In this document: one piece after another, positions 26,498-39,400 of the stretch
How positions within the stretch are numbered: position 1 is the first letter of the stretch
Layout: every line of letters begins with the position of its first letter
Source: Botryllus schlosseri
Taxonomy: Eukaryota
NCBI GenBank assembly: GCA_051294905.1
Contig: CM119371.1
Coordinates: forward strand, 23,872,001 to 23,936,000
Length of the DNA stretch: 64,000 nt
Direction of reading: 5' to 3'
Made by a program: the position numbers and the translations under genes
Notes under the pieces: generated by a model
What the model was told of the DNA's origin: nothing
Database searches by the model: none
The model's input: the letters and a program-made list of their open reading frames with translations, nothing else

Positions 26498-26665
26498 CTC
26501 TCAACTCTGTATATAATCGATGCCCAAATGCCTGCTGAATGTTTTCGTGAAATCGCAATCACACTTAAGACCACATGTTGCAAAGAGATACAGTTCGAAA
26601 ACTGCGAATTGACGAGTCGGAAGATTTTTGAATTCTACACTGGATGCAAAGAAAACGATCTATCT
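26498..26665 (+). CDS. LRR-cassette exon B3 (56 aa, phase 0-0)
   Basis: tattttatag|CTC...TCT|gtaagt; 168 nt; LSTLYIIDAQMPAECFREIAITLKTTCCKEIQFENCELTSRKIFEFYTGCKENDLS. Confidence 0.87.
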
Positions 26666-29038
26666 GTAAGTTCATTTTGTGTACGGAAAACGTGCATTGC
26701 TTGTATCACGAGTGCCCGCTAAGTTTTCGTTAGGTTTCCAATTCCTAGCCGCCGGTCACGCAATCCCTAGCCGCCGGTCACGCAATCTTACTAATCCAAG
26801 AATATAATGGGTTTGACGAGTGATATCGACAGTACTTGTTCCGGGGTTTGGCAGATTAAGGTGACGTCTGTGTTGTGAAAGTACTTGGATCTCTCTAACT
26901 AGTGAGCACACAACAAAAAATTGGCAAAATGAATTAGTGAGCTACTCGTGGAATTATGTATAATGCTTTTGATCGCGGCAAGCAAAGCCCGCATGCGGGA
27001 AAATGTTGAAAAAAGTCGTTGGCATTTTTAAAACGCACTAATTGGAATTGCGATGATAGTTAGGGCTATCCCAGTAAATGAAAAGAGTAAGTGAAAATGA
27101 AGTTAGTATCGAGTGTTATGCAAATCCGTTAACGGCAATACAGCTTGTATACTATATTGTTGAATTTGCTAGATTAATATGGGAAACAATCCTAATTTCA
27201 TTAAGAAAGTAAATGGCGACACGAGCTGTGGGGTATGAGAAGAGTAAATCAGCAAATTCGCGAACTTGATATATACTATTTGCCATCATTTCCTCGAAAT
27301 TCTTTTCACAGAAAGGGAAAGATAATAAAAATCGGAATCATTTCGTGCTGTCTACGTCAGTATCCCTGCCAAAAATATATCTGCCATTCTCAAACTTTAT
27401 TCAGATATCAGTTTTAATTGTGTGACAGCCTCCTGAAATTCATGACTATGACGTATACTGTTTGAATCTTGTGTTGTTTCATACATTCTTCGCACAATTG
27501 AATCTGAGGAAGTTTTGCGAATAGCACCATAAGCTACTGCCGAAACTCGCATAAATACGGGGTTTTAATATATTATTCATCAACGTCCTGTTGGAGCCGT
27601 GCGATGTTTCATACACTCTGCGCACAATTGAATATGAGGAAGTTTTGCGAATAGCACCATAAGCTACTGCCGAGACTCGCATAAATACGGAGTTTAAATA
27701 TATTATTTATTTACGATTTCGGAACGTCTTGATGAAAACTTAGTTTACTAGAGACGGTGCCAGCATTTATTCCCGTTGGTGTTCGGTAATGTTGCTTGCA
27801 TTTCCCGATAATTAAATAACTCACTTTCGTTACTTCTGCGTACTTGGACCATGCCTATATATATTCCCCAACATTTACAAGGTTATAACTATGTCTCATG
27901 AAACAGAACCATTGTATTTGGGTACGTTGTGCAAACTGATTATTGAACTTTCTGGCTAAGCTAGGGCTACATACTCAAACATTCATTTAGAATACCTGCT
28001 ATAACTTCTTGGCACTTGAAGTGCAAAGTGCTCATGGATCCATTATAAGTTTGTGTACGAGTTGTTGGTATTACTATAACATGTGATAAAACACTCCGAT
28101 CGGTCATTAACTATTCCCGCGCAAAATTGTAAAGACACCACTACCACAGCAGCTTCTGCGATAACGCTGATTACATCGGTTGAAATATGATATAAATTAA
28201 CCAGTAATATATGCAATACCATTACTTTTGGAAAAATATAAATTAGTTTACTTCGAGTAAATTTCCCGATTCGCGCGTCTATAAGATAATCAAGGCGGCT
28301 TATCTGAAAAGTAGTACTGTGATCTGAACGTCTGCTGAGAAATTTTGTAGGAACGTCGAATTGACTTTGATCTAGGATATTGTTACAGCATTCGACCATA
28401 TTGCTGCGAGCTAATTTGCCTAGTAACCAGGTTGGTCATTATATACATATTTAAATACATATGTTTATGAGAAAACAGGCTGACGGGGTGCATGCGCTCG
28501 TCACAACAGCTTTTAGTGATCGCAAAATACAAAAATATTGAAGAAACATCAAATATATATTAGCCAATCAGAGATTCAGTAAGTACCCGAATTTCACTGC
28601 TTTTTCCAGCTACGAATTATGCAAGTCCAGGCGCAAATGTAGTAAGAGAATGGTCACTGGATTGACTATTATCCAATTTGTTCCAATTCCTTCCGAAAGT
28701 TCCGATTGTATTTTTGTGATCAAATTGCCCTGCCTAATAATTAAATCGCAAACGTCAATCGTGAAAGCTGTCACATTGCTATGTATATTGGTAATTTATG
28801 TTTCGCGACCTTTCCAAAAATGAGGAAGTATAGAAACAGTAATCTACTTCAGAGAATGCATATTTTGTAGCTCTCAAAACTGTTTATCATCGATGCCAAA
28901 ATCCCTGCTGAAAGTTTTCGTGAAATCGCAATCGCACTCAAGTCCACGTGTTGCAAAGAGGTAAAGTTCGAAAACTGCGAATTGACGACACGGAAGCTCT
29001 GTGAATTCTGCACTGGATGTAAAGACAACCATATATCT
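26666..29038 (+). repeat. ~2.4-kb intron+exon tandem duplication unit, paralogous to 12880-14625 joined to 25656-26665
   Basis: Collinear similarity from the donor (gtaagttcattt...tgcattgcttgtatcacgagtgc) through the intron to the next B exon once the SINE and LINE insertions are removed. Confidence 0.88.
28871..29038 (+). CDS. LRR-cassette exon B4 (56 aa, phase 0-0)
   Basis: tattttgtag|CTC...TCT|gtaagt; 168 nt; LSKLFIIDAKIPAESFREIAIALKSTCCKEVKFENCELTTRKLCEFCTGCKDNHIS. Confidence 0.87.
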
Positions 29039-29095
29039 GTAAGTTGAGATAATGTTACTGAAATGCGAATTGTGTAGATTGGATGAGGACATAAG

Positions 29096-30028
29096 TAGGG
29101 ATGGTGTGAAACTCCGAAAGGTTCATGTTCGTGTGAACGCGAACCTTTTTGAAAGGTTCTGTGTGAACGCGAACGTGAAGCTCATGACGTCATGTGACGT
29201 CATATACCTAATTCCAGCCCTACATTTCAGCGAAGTGATAGCCTATATTAATGTACACGATACGTAGCGACGACTCGGGCCACATAATGCCACAATGGTG
29301 AAGTACATATTGTCGTCTTAAACGTCGCCAAATGTATGAACTGGGGCAATCAAACGATATATTAATCCCATTAAATCAATATCTTCCGTCGCTTTGCTAA
29401 CAATTTCGACGAGGACTTGCAAGGGAATATAAGCATACGCCTTAACGGTGTAGGCCAGACCAGACAATGTATTCGGCGTCTGATTATTGCTATTTGCAAC
29501 GTTGATATTGAGCAGAGTGTAAAACTAGTTTCTGTACTTGCTACCGATAACACCCCATTACCTCGTATGCCTGATAGATTTTTTACATCAGATAACAATA
29601 TCATTTTCATTGATTGGTTGAATAAGCATCATTCGCTGACTACATGTGGTGCATTTCGCTGATTCGTTCTTGATGTTGCGTGATTGTGGGTCTAGCTCAC
29701 AGAAGAGAGTCACTACATATTTACAAACGGGAAGCTGGATATTTCGAGCAAACTTTTGTAACAAAGCAAGTAAAATTTTTGAGATTGTCAAGGTGAATGT
29801 TCGTTTAGTGTTGTTTTTTTCTATGCTGCCATCGCCATGCATAGAGTGGCCCGCAGTTGAAATGCAATAAATTTCAACCGAAGATGTTATATTGAAGTGA
29901 AAATTGTAATATATGAAAAAGGTTCACAGTGCAGAACCTACCAAGGTTCGTTTATGAACGTGAACCTCTAAATTTCTGAGGTTCACACACAGAACGCGAA
30001 CGTGAACCTCACGTTCACACCATTCCTA
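29096..30028. mobile_element. hAT-type MITE with GTGAAC subterminal repeats (second, truncated copy ~52942-53600)
   Basis: TIRs TAGGGATGGTGTGAA / TTCACACCATTCCTA; perfect TSD GACATAAG. Confidence 0.9.
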
Positions 30029-30154
30029 GACATAAGGCCGATCGTGACCTGTCGGTAGGTTGCGTGATCCAATCAAAAGCCACATAACAATCCTAATCAT
30101 AGGACTAATACAGTGGAAGGCCAATTGTGACAGGAATTTGTTATTTTACTCATA

Positions 30155-31121
30155 TACTTCGTTTCCACGCACGGCCGACGGACGGCCGAAAGGCCATGAC
30201 GCATGCGTTGTACATGTCCGCCCTGTTTCCATGACCAGGCGTAATCCTACCGTAACTTGGCCGAACAAGTTGGGCGAAGCGTTTGCGATGACGTATCTGG
30301 CTTATACAGTTATAATTTCTTAATAATCACAAGATTGCGATAAATGACTTGGCAGGAATGAGCCGACACGACTTGTAGCGGTTATTCAATTAAAAACCCG
30401 CTTTGACATTGAACACGTAGGCCTAAATCCAACACGTAAAATGGTTATGATGAACCACTTGCCTAAAACTAACATAAGATAAAATAAGAGGGAAAAATAT
30501 AATTTAGGCGGCATATCTTAGTACGGGGGACGTATAGATATAGGATATCGTGGTCTGATAATTTCGAGAGCAGACTAGTAACTTGTCAAGTAGTCTACCG
30601 GTACTACTGTTTCATCGTCGTGATTCATACATGAACTTCGTGTGTCCTGTTCATGATTTGCTTACCAGGAGTATGTGAATAAGTTCACCTAGTTTGTGGT
30701 CAAACCGTAGTATGTATCGAATCCATGCACCAGAACACAAACCCTCGAAATGTGGCAGCAGCGCATATGAGCATTGAGCTGATCGCGAAGAAGATTTCAG
30801 TAGCCTAGGGGTAATTCGCAGCAGTACCGGTATTACTAACTTCCGTTGCAATCATAATTGAATTCCTGGGTTCTCCATGCGTCCAAAATCTATCCGGAGT
30901 GTCAGCCATGGTTAATGTGATACGAAAAGTATATTTCAAGTAGCAAATAGCAATTAGCTAACCGAAGACACAGCGCAAGCATGGCCGAACGGTCAAGCCG
31001 AAGTATTCACTCGACGGCCGACGAGTCGGCCGACGTGCGTGTGCTTGCGCAACAAAATTCTCTCGTTCGTCGGCCGAGTCTCTCGAAAATGGGCCCATCG
31101 GCCGTGCATGGAAACGCAGTA
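30155..31121. mobile_element. MITE with 3-bp TSD (PIF/Harbinger-like)
   Basis: TIRs TACTTCGTTTCCACGCACGGCCGA / TCGGCCGTGCATGGAAACGCAGTA; ATA on both sides. Confidence 0.7.
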
Positions 31122-31124
31122 ATA

Positions 31125-31721
31125 AAGTTGTTAGAGACTTCTTAATCTTTGACATAGAGAGCGACCTACGATTGAATAATCCCTGGTGTGGATAAAAAAA
31201 AGAACAAAAGCTAGATAAATATATTACAGAGGTAATTGAAAATGGTCTTGGCATTCCATGGTAGGTCTATACAAATTCATTCTGAATGTATATCATCAGC
31301 CAATGGTCCAGTTTGAACAATACATGATAGTTATGATTTCGGTGCGAAAACTTGGAATGATCTCCCTGCAGAGCTGATACTAATACCGCCATGGCAGTTA
31401 AAAAAAAATATAAAAATTATCCACTCCAAACGTACTGTTGATTTTTTTCTTTTATGCAATGCTTGTTCTAATGTTATCCTTTATTACACCTTTATTAAAG
31501 CTTAATATCGTGTCGTTAGTCATATATTTACTGAATGTAGACTCTACGTATATGTGTGTGATTTAATATATATGTTTCATGTAATTATTTATATATGCAT
31601 CAAACACTCCAAACGGGTGGCGACTGACTCTGAAGGCCTAACGGCCCCTCGTCGTCTCCCAGTCTATTCCGCAATATTTGTTTCGTATACTTCTTTATTT
31701 ATTGATGTGACGAATAAAAGA

Positions 31722-31757
<36 letters not shown>
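31125..31757 (+). mobile_element. 3' remnant of an L2/CR1-group LINE with (TATC)n tail
   Basis: GAKTWNDLPAEL (~31340) matches the L2/CR1 ORF2 C-terminal G.K.WN.LP motif; AATAAA followed by (CTAT)n at 31722-31757. Confidence 0.7.
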
Positions 31758-34700
31758 ATTAAAGTCCAGTTTAATCGTAATTTGATGGAAAAGATGAGTT
31801 CGAAAAACTTCGGGGCATGAGAAGACAAATCCACAAATTATCTGGGCATGACAATTTGTAGAGTTCGCCATTTCGTCGACATATTTGATGATGGAATAAA
31901 GGCACATTCTCGACACTGTGAATATTTCCTCCTGTAAAAAGCGAATATCACTATACTAAAGAAGAATAACGAAGGCGAATAAATAAAATTTGTGTAATGT
32001 CTAAAAGTACCGAGTTGGTTACATATGTCTCTCTGCGAGCTAAGGTAAAGTCACTGTGGTGACTCAGTATCTCTAGACCACTATAGATGGTGAATATTGG
32101 TTTTTGTGGTATTCATGGGGTTTGTCGACTACTATGGTCATTAACACCAGGCCGATATATTCTTAATTTTTTCCCGTAACTGCCGACGTATAGCACGTCC
32201 TACTTTTAGGATTTTTGTAGGACAGCGCTTACGCGATTGAGGTGGCGAAATGGAGCCAAGATAAACCTCCAACACTTAAGTATAGGAATCCTGAAGCCGA
32301 GGTCGACCTCGGTCGGACTCGAACCCGCACCCATTGGTGTTGCAGCCCCGGATTATACCGGAGTTTGACTTTATATTTTCATCTCCGATTTCGGTAAATC
32401 GATTCGAAAATGTAATTTCATGAAATAGCAATCATATCGGCTATTGTCATTTTGGTCTATTTTTTCGAAAGTTTCAAATGTATTTCTCTGATCAACGCTT
32501 GATAACTGATAGTGAGACGAGAGGGATTTTTTAATTATGTCATGTAGGCCTACTTAAAATACGGTATTCATCTTTAGTAGCCCAATCTCATACGTGAATG
32601 AATTCAAGTTTGAAAACAATCCTCGTTCTGACGAGTCAAGTTGTCTTGTGAATCAGTTTCGAATTCAATTGTCCTTTATTTATATTTCGTTTTTTTCTAA
32701 TCGACAACACTAATTGTTAGGTTTCATTTGATTGGTTTATTTAATTGATGCGCCGTCCGTTGTCGCTTGCCTATATATATATTTCCCTGGTTTCTGTTGC
32801 TCACTTCTCTGTTCTTGGGACATTGGAGGTGAAATCACCAGGGTTGTAACCAAGTCACATGGTTCCAAGTCACGAGTCAATCTTACTTTTGGGGTTTTGA
32901 CTCGAGTCAAGTCTAGTCATTTTCAATTCATCACCGAGTCGAGTCCGAGTCCAAGTCACCGTTTAAAGGGTCAAGTCCGAGTCATAGTGCTATGACTCGA
33001 GTCCGAGTCCACGTCACAGTATTGAAGTCATGTTCAACTTATGTTTTCAATCCTGCTAGGGTGATATCATATTCCTTGCTTGCCAAACATGCCTATTTTT
33101 GTCCCTACCAGAGCATTGCCACATGTTTATTTAAGCAGACAACGGACAGATCTGGCCTTATTTAACGATGCTACAGATAGACGAGACAGGCCGCCAATAT
33201 GATAACTTAACTAATCTTAAAACTTTAAATGAAATATCTGTCTTGTCAGTCTGATACATCACAAATACAAGCATTCAGTTTTTATTACGAGCACATCGAC
33301 GGCTGCTCACAAATAGCTTATAGAGAACGAACGAATTCAAGTCTAGATACCAGCCGATAAAGAATCACCAGATAAATATCTATGTAGAGGTGCAGCTTTT
33401 CTTTCACATTATTAGGTGGTTGACTAAAAAAAAAGGTCAACTTTCCTGCTCAGCTCCCGAAATAGCCGCCGGAGCGTTACTTCAGTGCTGATTTACTGTA
33501 TCTTAGTCGAATTTGCCCTACATTTAACAGAAATTCTCAAAAAAGACAACAAAATCTCAAAAATTAGGCTATTTCTTAAAATTGTTAGATTGCCCAAACG
33601 AAGTCAAATTTGGCTCAATTCCAACCAGTAGAAACCAATGCGATGAGAGAAAATTTTGGATTAATTACAGATAGAGATTTTCGAATTTTACCGGCTACCT
33701 CATGATATTGTTAGAGTGTGTAACAATATTATTCATAGCAAATTTGGCTCAATTCCAACTAAAAGAAGCGAAGTTATTAGAGTGGAATATTTTGGATATG
33801 AAAAAATAGTCGGCTTACTACTAGTATTAAATTATATAATTTGGAAGAATTTCTTACTAAAAATATTCCATTTATTTTCAAATCCAAAATTTTCTTCTCT
33901 CATATCATTGATTCTACTACAGATTCAGTGTTCTTTTAATGCAACATAAAAAATTTATCAAGTAGCCACCCAGTAAAAAAAAGAAGGTATTTTTGAGCAG
34001 CCATATTGTACAAACATCACACAACATTAGCCATTCATTATCATGCTCGTGCACAATGCATATATCCAACAAAACGTCAAATGGACGGAGGGTATTGTGT
34101 GTTTTCACAGACAGCTGATCAAATCAATGAGTTACACTTCAAAATTACTAAAGTGGAAAGGAGATCCTCATATATGGTAAAGCGGCATGGCCATAGAATA
34201 AATCCACATTTACTAAATACACGTTCCACTAGTGCACTAGATGCAGGAATTGACAAGCATTTTTGAACCACGCTGAAGAGTATTGGATACTCATTCTTTC
34301 TACACTGTAAAAAATCTGGTAGATTTACTGGGAAATCTCTGTAAATTTTACCACGAATTACCGGTCGCAGCCAATTACTGTGCGTAGCTTGTCATTTTAC
34401 ATTTTGATATGTAATATCACCTTAATATAGCTGTAAAGTAAGTTACCAGAATTTATTCGCAAAATTACTGACAGTTACTCGTTACTGCAGTTTACCGGGC
34501 TATTGGCAAAATTGATTAGCTTCAAAATCGCTGCAGCCAATGTATACGTAGAACTGAATGTTACTGATATATCATTCTAGGTGATTTGACCTGATTGAAC
34601 CTCGTTTGCGAGACTGGGGTCTGTTATACCGTAATTGTTGGCCCTAGTATCAATTTAAGCTTATAGGGTACAAGAAATAACTGACAATCGTAGCTAATGT

Positions 34701-36445
34701 GGAACACCGTAGCCATATTATATTATAAGGCAATGGCTGTACGCCGGGTACGGCCAGTCTCGCCGGTTACATTCGTTGTCACGGATAAGGCTGATAAGTT
34801 AGAAAATTAGTTCAGGATGTATAATATTGCTCGGGGATACTAGAAATATCAGCAGCGCATGCTCAACTGACCATTTGTTAATGGCGGACAAGGCGACCTG
34901 TAATAGGTTACATTAGGTGGCTGCTTTTTCTGAGATTCGTAGTAAACAACCAACGCACAACTGTGACATCACAAGCAGCGTCTGGTTAGGTAAGTACAGT
35001 AAGTAGTGAACAACACATGGAATATATATCAATTTATACGAAATTAGATGAAAAAAGGGACTATATGCAATGATAAATGTTTCTGTATGGAAAAAACGAC
35101 CCAGATCAAACATTATAACGTGGCCAGTAAATATTATTGGTGTCATGTGTCAGCGGATGAATACCATTTATTTCGAAATCGTTCGAGTGTCGTCTGGCCA
35201 GTGGCCATTAGTGAGATTTATTTGAGCAAAGGGTGGAGCGAAGCTTGTGCTTGAAGAAAGTGGACACGATCGTTGAAGATTCCTAGGAATGCTGAATGGA
35301 ATTCGCATCTTAAAAGGTAATGCAGTACTACATAGTATTTGTTACCGTGAATATCTGACTCTGCACACCAGCCCTCGCTGACTTAGATTTCATGATTGAT
35401 ATATTTCATTCGCCGCATTCTCTGTTCTATTTTGGGATATTTGTCGACTTATTCAGTGACCACATACTCCGCTGCGGAGGAGTTGAAACTGTTGACTTGG
35501 TAATGTCATTTTCGGGCCATAGCATAGATATGTTTTCATCCACTGCTGGATTTGTTTGCCACACATGCCACCTTAAATTAGGAACCTTTTGCTTCAATAC
35601 AGAGATAAAGTCATGAATCTCTGCTATGTCATGTAAAAGGCGGAGCCGTCATCACACAATGTGCCAATACCGGTACTTCAAAACATGTTATATTTTTGTT
35701 AGCCTATTTGTCTTAGTCTTTACAATGTCATGTCCACTGTCCAGGTTAGGAACTTTGCTTTATATAGCGACTTACGCATGAATTCTTTTTAGTGGAACTG
35801 CATGATACTACTTACACAGAAGGAATGAGAACGAGAAAAAGAAACAATTGGAAGTTTGGCCGGTGGTGGAATTAATTCACGTTTTCTTGAGACCACTCGT
35901 GTTACTGCATGTCTCCTAAAGAAGAATTAGACCTCCAGCAGCAATATTTTTCCATCGATAACCACTTCATCGTGATATCATGAATGAATATACAGTTTGT
36001 TCCAATGTCGTTTTGGGGATGTGAAGAAAATGTTGCGATATTTTTGCATCGGGTTGCTTTTGTAACGGTGTCGCTACTAGTTCTTTATACTCTTCAAGTG
36101 TAAATCAGTTCACAGCCAGACAGATACCGTAACAGTTGTATTGACGACAGTAGAAAGCCGAAAACGTGTACCACCCAGACACAGACAGAATATTCTAGAA
36201 GGTTGCGGTTATCTCCCGCGAACGCATTGTCTACAGGGGTGACGTCATCAGTCGCCATAGATGGCGCCCCGTCACATATACCCCCCTCCAAATTTTTTCG
36301 AATGGTACATGAGAAAATATCTACCCCGAAACAAAAAGCAACGACACACCAAAAATACTTCGGCATAAAAGCCAAAAAGCAACGAACATACAAATGGTTA
36401 GGACAACTGATTGTGAAAATCTAACGACAAAATGATGAAAATATG

Positions 36446-39400
36446 TCATGTTATGTAGTCTTGCAGACGACCAGGTCTGTTGATCTGTCGGCCAGCACGA
36501 GTGGTGGTTGGCGTCGTATCGTCAGCAGCAGGATCTGATGTAGAGGGCGATGATTCCCGCGTCTCCAGCAGATAAGGTCTGATATAATCAGCATGCGAAA
36601 GTCTGCACTGCCCATTGTCCAAGTTCTCGATTCGGTACAGGTATGGCGATTTCACTTCAATGACCTTGAATGGTCCAACCCACCCATTGGACAACTTCTT
36701 CACCAAGGGTTTATAGAAGAACCAGACTAAATCGCCGACACAATACGTGGCTGGTTTAACAGAGAGGTTAAAGTTGCGCTCCTGTTTCTCAGCAGATCTC
36801 GACAGCTGCTGTCTTGCGAACGTAAAAGCATCAGATGTTGTTGATTCGACCCATTGTACATATTCATGATAAAACTCGAACGACAGTTCGTTAGATGGTT
36901 TTCCAAACATCAAGTCTGTGGGAAAGGAAATTTCTCTCCCAAACATGAGTCGGTTGGGCGTGTATCCTGTACTCTCATGAACCGTGGATCTGTATGCCAT
37001 CAACAGATAAGGGATATAGTCCTCCCAATCGTTGCGATTTCCATTCCCCACAAACGTTTTTATCATTTTTTGCAAAGTCCCATTAAATTTCTCGACCAGA
37101 CCATCACTACGTGGATGGTAAGATGTTGTTCGAGTCTTGTCGATTTCGAACAATTTCATGAGATGACGAAACAGTTCAGATTCAAATGCGGATCCACGAT
37201 CAGAATGAATGGTGAATGGAACACCATACCTCGTGAGAAATTGATTGACCAGCGCCTCCGCGGTAGTTACAGCTTTAACATCTTTGACTGGGTATGCTTC
37301 CACAAACTTACTAAAATAGTCCGTAACACACAATATATACTCGTTGCCGTTCTCAGACAATGGTAATGGTCCAATGTGATCAATGCCCACTCTGTCCATG
37401 ATTTCTGCACATGGCATTTTCCGCAAGTAGGCCTGATGTTGTCGTAATGGCGTTTTTGCAGCAAAGCACGGTTTACATAATCTGGTCCAATCAGCAATTT
37501 GTCGATGCATATTAGGCCAGTAAAATCTTGATCGAATTTTTTTGTAAGTTTTCTCCTTGCCAAGATGGCCGCCCGTTCTTGATTCATGAAGTAACCGATA
37601 GATATCCTTACGCAAGCTCGATGGCATCACAATTTGAAAGAGCTCAAGATTGCCCGGTTTTTGTGACAAAAATTTTCGGTGCAGGACGCCATCCAAAACT
37701 CGCAAGGCATCCCATTGCATACATAGGGTGCGGACATCCCTTGGATATGGTAAAAGTTCAGTGCCTTTAGGAGCATCATCTCTCGTCTCCTTCCAGTTCA
37801 GCACGACCGATATGCACTCATCCTCAATCTGCAGCCCTTTAAGCTGACTTGGACTATATGATTCCAGCCATGAGCACATTCTTTCATCAGTTCCACTCTC
37901 AGGAGCTGGTTGAATAGCAGTCACTTCCAATCCGGGTAGGAAACAGGTTAGTTCAATGTCCGGTTTGTCGCCGCATGTAGCACAGCAATCCCTTTCACAT
38001 TTACGTCTGATGCGGGAAAGTCCATCTGCGTTGCCATGCTTTGCCCCCGCTCTATGTTCAATTTTGAAGTTGAACGTATCCAACATGCTGACCCATCTCG
38101 CCGTAATGCCTTCTAGGTTCCGGAAGTTGTACAACCACTGCAAAGAACTGTGATCCACTCTCAGTCGGAACGGCCTTCCCCACAAATAAGACCTGAAATG
38201 ATTCACGGCCCACTGTACAGCATATAATTCCCGGAAGGTGGCACAATATCGTCTCTGTTGCTTGTTTAGCGTCTTGCTGGCATATGCAATCACCTTTTCT
38301 TCATTTCCCTGCACTTGGGAGAGGACTGCTCCTGCACCAAAGCCAGAGCAATCAGTATCGAGAACAAACTCTCCTGCAGTCTCAAGCGGATAAGCCAATA
38401 TTGGTGTACTTGTTAATTTTTGTTTCAGAGACAGGAATGCCACCTGGCAATCCTCGGACCATTCAAAGGTAGCCTTCTTCCGAGTGAGTTTCACCAATGG
38501 CTCTGCAATGGTTGAAAACTGGTCAATGAATCTTCGATAATAGTTTGCCGTGCCGAGGAATGCTTGAACGTCCTTGAGATTTTTCGGCACTGGCCAATCC
38601 TTCACAGCAGAAACTTTGTCATCACTACACTTGAGACCATCTGGGCAAATCACATGTCCCAGGTACTCTACCTCCTGGTAAAACAGTTTGCATTTTTTAG
38701 GCTTAAGCTTAAGACCAGCGTCACGAATTCGCTTGAAAACATCTTCCAAATTGCAGAGTGTTTGGTCAAAGTTCTCCCCATATGCCAAAATGTCGTCCAT
38801 GAAGGCAAGGCATTTCTTCCACAAGATTCCATCAAGTAACTTCTCCATCATTGCCATGAACGTGGCAGGCGCATTACACAAGCCAAAGCAAAGGACTGTC
38901 CACCGAAATTGCGAATGCCCAGGTACGCTGAATGCAGTTTTGTCTCGGTCACTTGGATTCAGGGGAACTTGCCAAAAACCGGATTCGAGATCAAGAGTAC
39001 AATACCATTTTGCCCCACCCAGAGAATCCAGGATATCGTCAATGCGGGGCAGAGGATGGGCATCCTTTACCGTGATCGTATTTAATTTACGGAAGTCGGT
39101 GCAGAAACGGTACGTGTTATCCCGCTTTGGAACCAGAACAATCGGCGCGTTGTACGGGCTTTGGGCTTTCTCGATAACACCCAGTTTTTCCATCTTTTCG
39201 ATCTGGTCACCCACAATTTCTCGTGCCCTCCAACTCAAACGTCGCGGAGGCACTTTAACTGGTACGGTAGAAGATAGCTCAATTTTGTGCTCAACCAAAG
39301 TGGTATATCCCAATTTCCCATCAGGCCCCGTGAATATATCCTGATACTTGATGAGAAGATCTCTTAACTGTTGTCGCTGTTGTACATTCAAGTTGTCTGG

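Noticed and set aside
35640..35675. GTLCDDG on the minus strand resembling the SRCR motif WGTVCDD
   Set aside because: Isolated short match followed by a stop, inside a CACTA element; no other SRCR cysteine pattern.
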